Positions 55,473 through 64,000 of a stretch of 64,000 bases of DNA are shown piece after piece; the first letter of the stretch is position 1, and the number at the start of each line of letters is the position of its first letter. Under the pieces are notes generated by a model, which was given only the letters and a program-made list of their open reading frames with translations, was not told the origin of the DNA and ran no database searches. Location: the NCBI GenBank assembly GCA_038245295.1, contig JBBRSP010000002.1, positions 96,001 through 160,000 of the forward strand, written 5' to 3'. The position numbers and the translations under genes are program-made. This stretch comes from Candidatus Binatia bacterium (lineage in GTDB: Bacteria > Desulfobacterota > Binatia > HRBIN30).

Positions 55473-56267
55473 ATGGCCAAGCCGCTCTTAGAGTACCGTG
55501 ATCGGGTGGCGCTGATCACCGGCGCGTCCAGCGGGATGGGTCGCCTGCTGGCTCTGCGTATGGCGCAAAAGGGCGCCGACATTGCCCTGGTCGCGCGGCG
55601 TCGTTCGGAGCTCGACGAGGTGGCGAAGGAGATCCGCGCCCTTGGCCGGCGCGCGCTGGTGCTTCCGGGCGATGTCGCCGAGCGCGCCGAGGTTTTCGCC
55701 GGGGCATCCGCGGTGCTCGACGAGTTCGGACACGTCGACATCCTGGTGAACAACGCCGGCTACGGGCATCATCGCACCTTCCTCGAGTGGGACCTCGACG
55801 ACATGGAGCGCATGATGCGCGTCAACTTCTTCGGCACGCTCTACTGGACGAAGGCACTGCTGCCGCAGATGGTCGAGGCGCGCAGCGGTTGGATCGTCGT
55901 CATGGCGTCGGTTGCCGGCAAACTTGGCGTGCCCGAAGAGAGTGCCTATGCGGCGTCGAAGTTCGCCCAGGTCGGATTGGCGGAAGCACTGTCGTACGAA
56001 GTCGAAGACCTCGGCGTACACGTCATGACCGTCTGCCCGGGCGCCATCAACACGCCCTTCTTCGATGAAGAAGCCCTGCGCCGCATGCCCAAGGTGGCCA
56101 AACGCCTGATGATCGAGCCCGAGGTAGTCGTCGACGCGGTGATCAATGGATTGGCCAAGTCAAAACGCGAAATCACCGTGCCGCGCCTGATCAAGAGCGG
56201 CTACATCGTCCGCACCCTGGCGCCGGGCCTCATGCACCGCAACACCAAACGCACGACGATGCGCTGA
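55473..56267 (+). CDS. Short-chain dehydrogenase/reductase
   Basis: TGASSGMG, VNNAG, SVAG, YAASK. Confidence 0.9.
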   Translation: MAKPLLEYRDRVALITGASSGMGRLLALRMAQKGADIALVARRRSELDEVAKEIRALGRRALVLPGDVAERAEVFAGASAVLDEFGHVDILVNNAGYGHHRTFLEWDLDDMERMMRVNFFGTLYWTKALLPQMVEARSGWIVVMASVAGKLGVPEESAYAASKFAQVGLAEALSYEVEDLGVHVMTVCPGAINTPFFDEEALRRMPKVAKRLMIEPEVVVDAVINGLAKSKREITVPRLIKSGYIVRTLAPGLMHRNTKRTTMR

Positions 56268-56310
56268 GGGACGTGAGCCTTGCTCCTTCGCCAACAATGG
56301 AAACCAATCT

Positions 56311-56445
56311 CCCCTCTCCCGCTGCAAGTGAAACCAAGACCCGCGGGAGAGGGTTAGAGTGAGGGTGCACCTGGTGGAACCCTCGGCGGGCCCTCACCCC
56401 GACCCTCTCCCACCATTCTGCGTTACACCCGATGTGGGAGAGGGA
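56311..56445. repeat. CCCTCTCCC/GGGAGAGGG composite palindromic repeat
   Basis: Same architecture as 15943-16083. Confidence 0.8.
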
Positions 56446-56492
56446 GCACCCGCGAAGGCCCCACCCCCGACCGAAAACGCCCGACCTGTCTG

Positions 56493-56966
56493 ATGGGCCT
56501 CCTAGTCATCATCGGTATCCTCGTCGCTGCCGTCGGCGGCATCTTCGGCTTTGCCATCGCCCTGAGCCTCGGCGCCGCGCCGGGTGGTTCGACGTTGCAG
56601 AGCGCCGTGGTGCTGGAGGCGCTCTACTTGTCCCCGGCCATCTGTGTGCTCAGCGGCCTGAACGCCCTGAGTCGGATCCGCAACGGCGACGGCTGGAAAG
56701 CACCGCTCGCCGCGCACTTCGTCTGGTCGGTCCTGGTCGCCCCGGTTGCGGCGTTGCCGCTGTTCCTGGCCGCCAGTCTGCTTGGCAGACTCGTCGGTAT
56801 CGCCACCTTCGAGGGCGACGCCGGTATGGTGATGGTGGTAATCCCGGGAGTCATGCTCGCGCTGTCTCTGGCGCTCTTCGCCGTATCGATTGTCATCGCC
56901 ATCCGCACAGAGAACGCCGCGAGCAGCGCACCCAAATCTCAGCCCCCATTTCAAGACCTCGACTGA
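56493..56966 (+). CDS. Hypothetical membrane protein (about 4 TM segments)
   Basis: Hydrophobic 157-aa ORF with GC3-rich codon usage. Confidence 0.6.
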   Translation: MGLLVIIGILVAAVGGIFGFAIALSLGAAPGGSTLQSAVVLEALYLSPAICVLSGLNALSRIRNGDGWKAPLAAHFVWSVLVAPVAALPLFLAASLLGRLVGIATFEGDAGMVMVVIPGVMLALSLALFAVSIVIAIRTENAASSAPKSQPPFQDLD

Positions 56967-57475
56967 CAACACAGCGTTTGCCATCCCCCGCCTCGGTGCC
57001 GTCGGGTTCTCAAGAATTTTTGGGCGCTCACCGTAGTTGTGACGCACCAGGAAGCCCCAGGACGAACGATCGAGGCCCGGGATGACTCTACCTAGGCACG
57101 CAAACTCAACGTTTTTCGGCGATTTGTCGCTCCGACCATTGAAATTACTAGGGAATCTTGTCGCGCCGGTTGCTTTCGCCCGCGACCCCGACACCCCATG
57201 GGCGCTCCTTGCGCCTCCGTCCGATAGTCTCGGCAGGCATCGGCATTTCGCCGCTGTCCAGGCCGGCGAAGGGAATCGTCCGTTGGGTCGACCAGTCAAC
57301 CGAATACATCCAGCGTTCCGCACCAGAGCGAGTCCTGGAAGCGGATCCGCTCGAACTCCCCCGAACCGTCGTACTGACTAAGGCCGGCGATCCTCGAGCG
57401 CTCGCCACGCAGATTGTCCGGTTGCAACGCGGCGGCGCTACGCATAGCTTCGCCGCATAACGACGAGGAGAAGCC

Positions 57476-58280
57476 GTGGCCGTACTCTACGATTGCGTCA
57501 TTCGCGGCGGCACCATCGCTGACGGAACCGGCAGCGCCTTGCGCCAGGCCGACGTTGCGATCCAAGACGGATTGATCGCCGCAGTCGGCGCGGTGCAAGG
57601 CCGAGGCGCCGAAGAGATCGACGCTCGTGGTCTGTTGGTTACACCAGGCTTCGTCGACATCCACACGTACTACGACGGACAGGCCACCTGGGACACACGT
57701 CTGACGCCTTCATCCTGGTACGGCGTGACGACCGCCGTGATGGGCAACTGCGGCGTTGGCTTCGCTCCAGGCGGACGGCCGCGGCATGCTCTACTTCCCA
57801 TTTCTCAACTACGCCGAAAGCTCGCTCGATCCTTCTCTGGTGATGATGCACAGCCCGAACACCGTGCTCGGCCTCGGTGACGGCGGCGCCCACCTCGGTA
57901 CAATCTGCGACGCCAGCCTCACCACGCATATGCTCACGCACTGGAGCCGTGACCGGCGTCGCGGCGACAAGGTTCCGGTCGAAACCGTCGTAAAGTGGCA
58001 CACACAGGACACCGCCGCCGCCGTGGGCCTACTTGATCGCGGTGTGCTGCGGCCCGGCTACAAGGCCGACATCAACATCATCGACTACGACAATCTGCGG
58101 CTGCGCCCGCCCCACATCGTACGCGATTTGCCCGGTGGCGGTCGCCGCCTCGTGCAGGAGGCTGACGGGTATCGTTTTGCGATTGTTTCCGGCCAGATCA
58201 CCTATCGTGATGCGGCGCCGACCAAGGCGTTGCCAGGCCGCCTGGTGAGCGGCGCGCAATCCGCACCGGCGAGCCGTTGA
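57476..58280 (+). pseudogene. N-acyl-D-amino-acid deacylase (amidohydrolase) with large internal deletion and frameshift at about 57770
   Basis: N-terminal PGFVDIHT..GNCGVGFAP joined out of frame to C-terminal GDGGAH..ICDAS..DRG.L.PG.KADINIID..DLPGGG.RL.Q.ADGY..PGRL. Confidence 0.85.
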
Positions 58281-58293
58281 GAGAGGAGAAACC

Positions 58294-59319
58294 ATGACAC
58301 AGACGCCGCGAGTTCTGGAACCACAGTGTGAGTGGACCTCGTCGCAAGTTGCCGACGAGTCGCTATGGACGGAGCACTTCACCATGCCCGAGCTCGACGA
58401 GCTCGATCGAGCCCTACGACACGCACTGGCAAAGTCGGACGATGTCCCGAAGATCGGCCGCGCCGACTTCCCGCTGCCTGAGCTGAGCGCGCGCCTGCTC
58501 GACATCGAGCGCCAGCTCATCGAAGGTCGCGGCTTCGTGCGCCTGCGTGGAATCAATCGCGCCCGCTACTCGCAGGCCGAAATGGAGATGCTCTACTGGG
58601 GTATCGGCATGCACCTCGGCGCGCCGTGGGCCCAGAACCATTATGGTCATGTCCTGGGTGACGTCACCGACCAGGGCAAAGCGATGAACGATCCGACAGC
58701 ACGCGGCAACGAGCTCGGCGGGATACCGCTGCCGTTCCACTGTGACGGCTCCGACCTCGTCGGCCTGATGTGCCTAACCAACGGTGTGCGCGGCGGTCTC
58801 TCGGCCGTGGCCAATTCAGTCACCATTCACAACCAACTAGTGCGCGAAAGCTCCGAGCTGGCGGCCGAACTCTACCAGCCGCAACCCTACGATTTCAGGG
58901 GCGAGCAGGCGACGGGCGGCAAACCCTTCTACCTGCTGCCGGTCTTCACCGAGTGGCATGGCCGCCTCTTCGTACGTTGCATTCCGCCCTACATCTACGC
59001 CTCGCAGCGCCATGCACATTCGCCGCGCCTCACCGACCTCGCGCAGCAGGGACTGGCGCGTCTCGTCGACATGGCCAACGATCCGGCCAACCACGTGACC
59101 ATGGAGCTGCGCCCGGGCGACATTCAGTTCATCAACAACTACCACGTCATGCACGGACGTACCTCCTACGAGGACAACCGCGCCGCCGGCCAGATCCGGC
59201 ATCTCAAGCGCTTGTGGCTCGAGACTGACGTGCTCAAAGATCGGCCGCCATACTCTGCCAATAATGTCAGCTCGCATTGGACGGCGCGCCGCAGCGCCAG
59301 CCGCATGCAGGTGCAGTAG
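58294..59319 (+). CDS. TauD/TfdA family Fe(II)/2-oxoglutarate dioxygenase
   Basis: FHCDG (HxD), PGDIQFINNY..HGRT, RHLKRLW; GAGGAG RBS. Confidence 0.88.
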   Translation: MTQTPRVLEPQCEWTSSQVADESLWTEHFTMPELDELDRALRHALAKSDDVPKIGRADFPLPELSARLLDIERQLIEGRGFVRLRGINRARYSQAEMEMLYWGIGMHLGAPWAQNHYGHVLGDVTDQGKAMNDPTARGNELGGIPLPFHCDGSDLVGLMCLTNGVRGGLSAVANSVTIHNQLVRESSELAAELYQPQPYDFRGEQATGGKPFYLLPVFTEWHGRLFVRCIPPYIYASQRHAHSPRLTDLAQQGLARLVDMANDPANHVTMELRPGDIQFINNYHVMHGRTSYEDNRAAGQIRHLKRLWLETDVLKDRPPYSANNVSSHWTARRSASRMQVQ

Positions 59320-59476
59320 CCATTGGGTCATTTGTCATTGGGGCATCTCAGGTCGTGGGTGCTCCGCAAGGGTGGCTCGGCTCGCCAACCAACGCATCTG
59401 GCGCGGCGGACGAGTCAAACCACCCACGGAACCAATCAACTGGCCAAATCGCCAAATGGCCAAATGGCCAAATGAA
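59320..59476. repeat. Inverted octamer arrays between convergent genes
   Basis: CCATTGGGTCATTTGTCATTGG (59320-59345) and (GCCAAATG)n (59437-59476). Confidence 0.7.
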
Positions 59477-59477
59477 C

Positions 59478-60902
59478 CTACTCCGCTCCCATCACAGCTT
59501 TGACTTCGAGAAACTCTTCAAAGCCAACCTCGCCCCATTCGCGGCCGTTACCGGATTGTTTGTAACCGCCGAAGGGTGCGGCAAAGTCGGCGCCGGCGCC
59601 GTTCAGGTGCACGTTGCCGGTACGCAGGCGTGACGCCACTTTCAACGCGTGTTCGGTGTTACCCGACGACACATAACCCGACAGGCCGTAGACGGTATCG
59701 TTGGCGATCTTGATCGCCTCTTCTTCGTTCTCGTACGGCAGGATCGACAGCACGGGTCCAAAGATCTCTTCGCGCGCGATGGTCATGTCGTTGCGCACGT
59801 TGGCGAAGACGGTCGGGCGGATGAAGTAGCCGCGCGTCATGCCTTCCGGACGTCCCAAGCCACCCGCCACCAGCTCGGCGCCTTCCTTGATGCCGGCCTC
59901 GATGAGGCGCTGGATCTTGTCGTACTGCGTCTTGCTGACCACCGGTCCGATCGCCATGCCTTCGGCCTTTGGATCGGCAACCTGCGTTGCTTCGGCCGCG
60001 GCCTTGGCGATCTTCACGGCTTCCGCATGTTTGGCCTTCGGCACGAGCATGCGCGTCGGCGCGTTGCACGACTGACCGCTGTTGGTGAAGCAGTTGCGCA
60101 CGCCACCTTCGACGGCACGCTTGAGATCGGCGTCGTCGAGGATGATGTTCGCCGACTTGCCCCCGAGCTCCTGAGCGACGCGCTTGACCGAATCAGCGGC
60201 TGCTTTCGCAACCTGCACGCCGGCGCGTGTCGAACCGGTGAACGACATCATGTCGATGCCCGGGTGCGCCGACATGGCCGCGCCGACGGTCGGACCGTCG
60301 CCATTGACCAGGTTGAACACACCAGCCGGCACACCGGCTTCGTGCATGATTTCGGCGAACAGAATGGCATTGAGCGGGGCGATCTCGGTGGGCTTCAGCA
60401 CCATGGTGCAGCCGGCGGCGAGAGCCGGGGCGACTTTGCAGGCGATCTGGTTGATCGGCCAGTTCCACGGCGTGATCAGGCCGCAGACACCGATCGGCTC
60501 GCGCACCAACAGCGTCGAGCCCTTCTTTTCAGAGAACTCGTAGGTCTTCAAAACTTCGAGCGTCTGCATGAAGTGCGCGAGGCCAGCCGGGGCCTGGGCG
60601 GCATTGGCCAACCACAGCGGGGCCCCCATCTCGGAGGAAATCGTCTCGGCGATCTCTCCCAGACGTCCCATGTAGACAGCGATGATGCGCTCCAACAACG
60701 CAACCCGCTCTTCGCGCGTCGTGTGGCTGAAGGTCTCGAACGCAGCGCGCGCCGCGGCGACGGCTTTGTCGACGTCGGCAGCGCTTCCCATACTGATACG
60801 GCCGATCGGTTCCTCGGTGGCCGGGTTGATGACGTCGAGGGTCTTCGGCACGACGGGGTCGACCCACGCACCATTGATGTAGAACTTCAGGGCTTCTTTC
60901 AT
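59478..60902 (-). CDS. Aldehyde dehydrogenase
   Basis: ITPWNWP, FTGST, QELGGKS, NSGQSC (catalytic Cys), EEIFGP, PFGGYKQSG. Confidence 0.95.
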   Translation of the reverse strand: MKEALKFYINGAWVDPVVPKTLDVINPATEEPIGRISMGSAADVDKAVAAARAAFETFSHTTREERVALLERIIAVYMGRLGEIAETISSEMGAPLWLANAAQAPAGLAHFMQTLEVLKTYEFSEKKGSTLLVREPIGVCGLITPWNWPINQIACKVAPALAAGCTMVLKPTEIAPLNAILFAEIMHEAGVPAGVFNLVNGDGPTVGAAMSAHPGIDMMSFTGSTRAGVQVAKAAADSVKRVAQELGGKSANIILDDADLKRAVEGGVRNCFTNSGQSCNAPTRMLVPKAKHAEAVKIAKAAAEATQVADPKAEGMAIGPVVSKTQYDKIQRLIEAGIKEGAELVAGGLGRPEGMTRGYFIRPTVFANVRNDMTIAREEIFGPVLSILPYENEEEAIKIANDTVYGLSGYVSSGNTEHALKVASRLRTGNVHLNGAGADFAAPFGGYKQSGNGREWGEVGFEEFLEVKAVMGAE

Positions 60903-61002
60903 GGGCAGCTCCTTTTCCGCGTTCGCACGACGGATTTGTGTTGTGTACCCCGTAGATGACCGGATCGCGGCGTTGGGTCAATACGGTGACTGCCTGGGGC
61001 TC

Positions 61003-61173
61003 GAACAGGATGTACAGGATGAACAGGATAGACACGTCGTGAATCGCACCTCGTCACACCTGGCGTGAAGTCTCGCCTCAGGAAGACGCGAGAGCAATGT
61101 TCCTTGAGGCACACGATGGGGCAACGAGCCCGCACCGGGCGCGATTATCCTGTTTATCCTGTCCATCCTGTTA
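61003..61173. repeat. Inverted 9-mer arrays (ACAGGAT..)x3 and (ATCCTGT..)x3
   Basis: AACAGGATGTACAGGATGAACAGGAT near 61004-61029 and ATCCTGTTTATCCTGTCCATCCTGTT near 61147-61172. Confidence 0.75.
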
Positions 61174-61242
61174 GAACCCCGCGGTGAATCCCGAGCCCAA
61201 ATCGCCCTTTGCCCACGCCGCGCCACGCGATAGGGTGTCGCA

Positions 61243-62382
61243 GTGGCGGATGGGATGATGGAGCGGAAAGCGGCGGGGCCGGACGATGCACTCGATGCAC
61301 CAATTGTCTTGCGCACGGAAGTGAAGCGGCGCGCTACCAAACCGGGCAAGCCGCGCTCGCGCAGCAAGAAGAAAAAACCGAAGGTTTCGCGGCTGAGTTG
61401 GGTGGCCCTGGGCCTGGAGAGCATCGCCCTCCTCAGCGCCGCGCTGATCCTCGTCATCGCCTTGCTCGGGAATGCCGCCAGCCGCTTCTCCGGCATCGAC
61501 TTGTGGAAGAGTCTGCTGCCGTTCGCCGCCAGCGTGTTGGCGATCCTGGTAGGTGGGCTGGCCGTGGCGTCTGTGTGGCTGTGGCTGCGCCGCAAACTGG
61601 CCACATTGTGGTTCGGCATCCCGGCAGCCGTCGCCCTGGTGATGGTAAGCGGAGCGATCTGGTTAACCTGGCAACCGCGCTTTCAAGAAGAGGTACTGCA
61701 CTTGCAGACGTTCGTAGGCGGTCACGCCGAAGCGGAGCGCCAGGCGATCGCGCATCAAGTCTACGCCGCCTATCGGCGCGCCAACCGCAAGGATCTGCAG
61801 ATCATGCTGGACAGGGCGCACGCCTTCGAGCCGGTGATCCTCGAAGCCGGTATAGCCTTTGGCCTCGACGCCGAAGTTCTCGTCGGCATCGGTGCCGCCG
61901 AATCGTCGTTCCTGCCGCGCGACAGCAAAGACGGCGGACGCGGTTTGTTCCAGATTACACTGGCCCCGGCGGCGGCCGAGTCCGATGTGCGAGCGCGCCT
62001 CAAGGTCGACAAGCTCGACCCGGTCAACCCGCGCCACAATGCCTTCATCGCCGCCGCGACGTTGCGTCACTACCTCGACGAGATGAACGGCGACCTCTTC
62101 CTGGCCCTGCTGGCCTACAACATCGGCCCGCGTAACGGCGGTATGGCGTCGATCATGAAACAGTATGGCGCACGCGACTTCGTCACCATCCAACCCTACC
62201 TGCAGAACCTGCCGCGCGACTATCCGATCCGTGTCTTGTCGTCGGCCCTGGCGTATCGCCTGGCACGGCGGGAGGGAACTCTCGTCGCCTACGAGGACGG
62301 CACCAACGCAGCGCACATTCAGGAGATTGGTATTCCCGGGCTTGACCCCGACCGGAGCGCGGCGCTCCGCGCCGCCCCGTGA
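61243..62382 (+). CDS. Membrane-anchored lytic transglycosylase (SLT domain)
   Basis: About 3 N-terminal TM segments; AAESSF (catalytic Glu), GLFQI, AYNIGP. Confidence 0.85.
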   Translation: MADGMMERKAAGPDDALDAPIVLRTEVKRRATKPGKPRSRSKKKKPKVSRLSWVALGLESIALLSAALILVIALLGNAASRFSGIDLWKSLLPFAASVLAILVGGLAVASVWLWLRRKLATLWFGIPAAVALVMVSGAIWLTWQPRFQEEVLHLQTFVGGHAEAERQAIAHQVYAAYRRANRKDLQIMLDRAHAFEPVILEAGIAFGLDAEVLVGIGAAESSFLPRDSKDGGRGLFQITLAPAAAESDVRARLKVDKLDPVNPRHNAFIAAATLRHYLDEMNGDLFLALLAYNIGPRNGGMASIMKQYGARDFVTIQPYLQNLPRDYPIRVLSSALAYRLARREGTLVAYEDGTNAAHIQEIGIPGLDPDRSAALRAAP

Positions 62383-62396
62383 CACTCCATCGGCGC

Positions 62397-62559
62397 AAGC
62401 TTGCGCCTACCCGGAACGGATGCCGATGCGCGCCGGGTCGGAGGTAGGCGCAGGTCTTCAGCCTGCGCCGTGTGGTCGAACGCAGCGCTACGCCGCAAGC
62501 TGAAGCTTGCGCCCACCCGGAACGGATGCCGATACGCGCCGGGTCGGAGGTAGGCGCAG
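62397..62559. repeat. BIME-like mosaic: 57-bp direct repeat x2 bounded by GTAG REPs in alternating orientation
   Basis: 62397-62453 vs 62503-62559 differ at 2 positions; lies between convergent genes. Confidence 0.85.
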
Positions 62560-62577
62560 CCTCGCGCTGGCGGCCTC

Positions 62578-63987
62578 CTACTCCACCCGCGGCATCAGCT
62601 GAGACGCCAAAGACTCGATCGTCTCCAGCGATACGGATTGCATCCCGCCGACGATACGCTGGCTCGAGGCATACAGACGCGCCGCCAGAGACGGCCAATC
62701 GATACCGACGAGACGGCCCTGCCGCTTGACGATTTTTCCTCCGACTAGAACCGTATCGACATCACTCGCATTGGCATTGAGGACGACGGCACCAACCGAG
62801 TCGATCGCCGGCGTCATGTGAATCGCATCGGTGCGGATCAAGACAATGTCCGCCAGCTTGCCGGGCTCGAGGGTTCCGACGCGATGCGCCAGGCCGGCGG
62901 CCTCGGCGCCACCTCGGGTCGCCAGGTCGAGGACGTTGCGGGCGGTAACGCGTATACGACGCGGCGAACGGCCGCGTTGCTCGTACTCGCGATTCTCGTT
63001 GGCCCGCGTTGCCTGCAAGCAGAGACGCATCGGCGTAAACATGTCTCCGGCGTAGTTCGACACGATGTCAACGCCGAGTGAGCTGCGCACACCGGCGTCA
63101 CGAGCCCGAACTGCCACGGGGAAGCCCATGCCCATCTGCATCTCGGTCTCCGGCGTCGACGACACGGCCGCGCCACTGTCGGCCATGGCCCGCAGCTCGT
63201 CGTCGGTCAACGACGCGCCGTGCACGAAGAGCAGATCCTCACCGAGCAAACCGTCCTTTGCCATGCGCCCTACGAAGCGTTGGCCTGAGTCGTACGCACC
63301 CATCGCCACGTGGCAAGAGATGCGCTGCGCCGACAGCTCGCGGCCCAAGCGGATCTCCGCAATATTGATGTCGTAAGGGTTGGCGTCGATCTCGGCCGGG
63401 GCAAAGCCCATCAGGATACGCGCATCATCGGATGACAGGCGGTCACGCCGGAGACGCAGCGCGTCCTGCCGGCGCCAATCCGCCGGCAACGACGATCGGC
63501 GCACGTCCTCGCGGTAGGAAGGGCTTTCGAAGAGTCCGTAACAGAAGACAGCGCGAATACCCGACTCGTCCAGGCCGCGCAGCGCTTCGTCCGTGTGCTC
63601 TGGGGTATGCAAGATGTGGCAATGATCGACGACCGTCGTGACTCCCGCGTCGAGCGCTTCGAGGGCGCCGACGTGGTTGCCGAGGAACACATCGTCGGGC
63701 TCATAGAAGGCGGAATACATCAGACGCATCTGCGTGAAGTAGTTGAACAGGCTCCAGTCGGTCGCCACCGTGCGCAGCTGTGTCTGCCAGACGTGGCGGT
63801 GGGTGTCGACGAAACCCGGCAGTACGATCATGCCGGCGGCTTCGATGATCTGAGCGTCGGCACAGGCAAGAGCCGGGGCGACTTCAACGATGCGCCCGTC
63901 GCGCACCAGCACGTCAGCGACGACTTCGTTGGCTCCCGGGAGCATGGTCAGCACGCGCCCGCCGCGGATGAGGAGTTGTTCGGTCAT
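62578..63987 (-). CDS. Metal-dependent amidohydrolase (AtzA/MtaD-like deaminase family)
   Basis: PGFVDTHRH (HxH), CH, FVHG, TPETE, LGVD, GTLEPGKLADIV. Confidence 0.9.
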   Translation of the reverse strand: MTEQLLIRGGRVLTMLPGANEVVADVLVRDGRIVEVAPALACADAQIIEAAGMIVLPGFVDTHRHVWQTQLRTVATDWSLFNYFTQMRLMYSAFYEPDDVFLGNHVGALEALDAGVTTVVDHCHILHTPEHTDEALRGLDESGIRAVFCYGLFESPSYREDVRRSSLPADWRRQDALRLRRDRLSSDDARILMGFAPAEIDANPYDINIAEIRLGRELSAQRISCHVAMGAYDSGQRFVGRMAKDGLLGEDLLFVHGASLTDDELRAMADSGAAVSSTPETEMQMGMGFPVAVRARDAGVRSSLGVDIVSNYAGDMFTPMRLCLQATRANENREYEQRGRSPRRIRVTARNVLDLATRGGAEAAGLAHRVGTLEPGKLADIVLIRTDAIHMTPAIDSVGAVVLNANASDVDTVLVGGKIVKRQGRLVGIDWPSLAARLYASSQRIVGGMQSVSLETIESLASQLMPRVE

Positions 63988-64000
63988 CGTCGGTGTTCCT

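Noticed and set aside
56970..57460. Short ORFs and an AT-richer patch as a mobile element end or gene remnant
   Set aside because: No terminal repeat partner or recognisable protein motif found
62397..62559. Direct repeats as a CRISPR array
   Set aside because: Only two 57-bp units, built from REP halves; no unique spacer series

Overview
GC-rich bacterial chromosomal window; secreted proteins with Thr/Pro linkers and a CxGDCxxDGxVTVDEL dockerin-like tail suggest a Binatia/delta-proteobacterial-type lineage (inference). Housekeeping genes include hemY-hemE..hemD, trpB2, rpmH-rnpA-yidD-yidC-jag, gpsA, lnt, a cold-shock protein, a DEAD-box helicase, pssA and nadA, plus a catabolic block (two acyl-CoA dehydrogenases, SDR, TauD-like dioxygenase, aldehyde dehydrogenase, amidohydrolases). 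Most notable: (1) an aryl-polyene/flexirubin-like type II FAS/PKS system split in two blocks (16.3-24.2 kb: two non-catalytic KS/CLF, one catalytic KS, ACP, FabG, flavin halogenase-like enzyme, methyltransferase, deacetylase; 30.1-34.3 kb: LolA-like, dehydratase, lipoprotein, MMPL exporter); (2) rnpA has no canonical start codon after rpmH and its only in-frame ATG lies 34 nt upstream of rpmH, nesting rpmH inside rnpA as in Thermus; (3) secreted modular proteins with duplicated or shuffled Cys-containing domains I cannot assign; (4) at least six families of short intergenic repeats, next to decayed toxin-antitoxin modules and two internally deleted genes. No rRNA, tRNA, CRISPR array or intact transposase was recognised.
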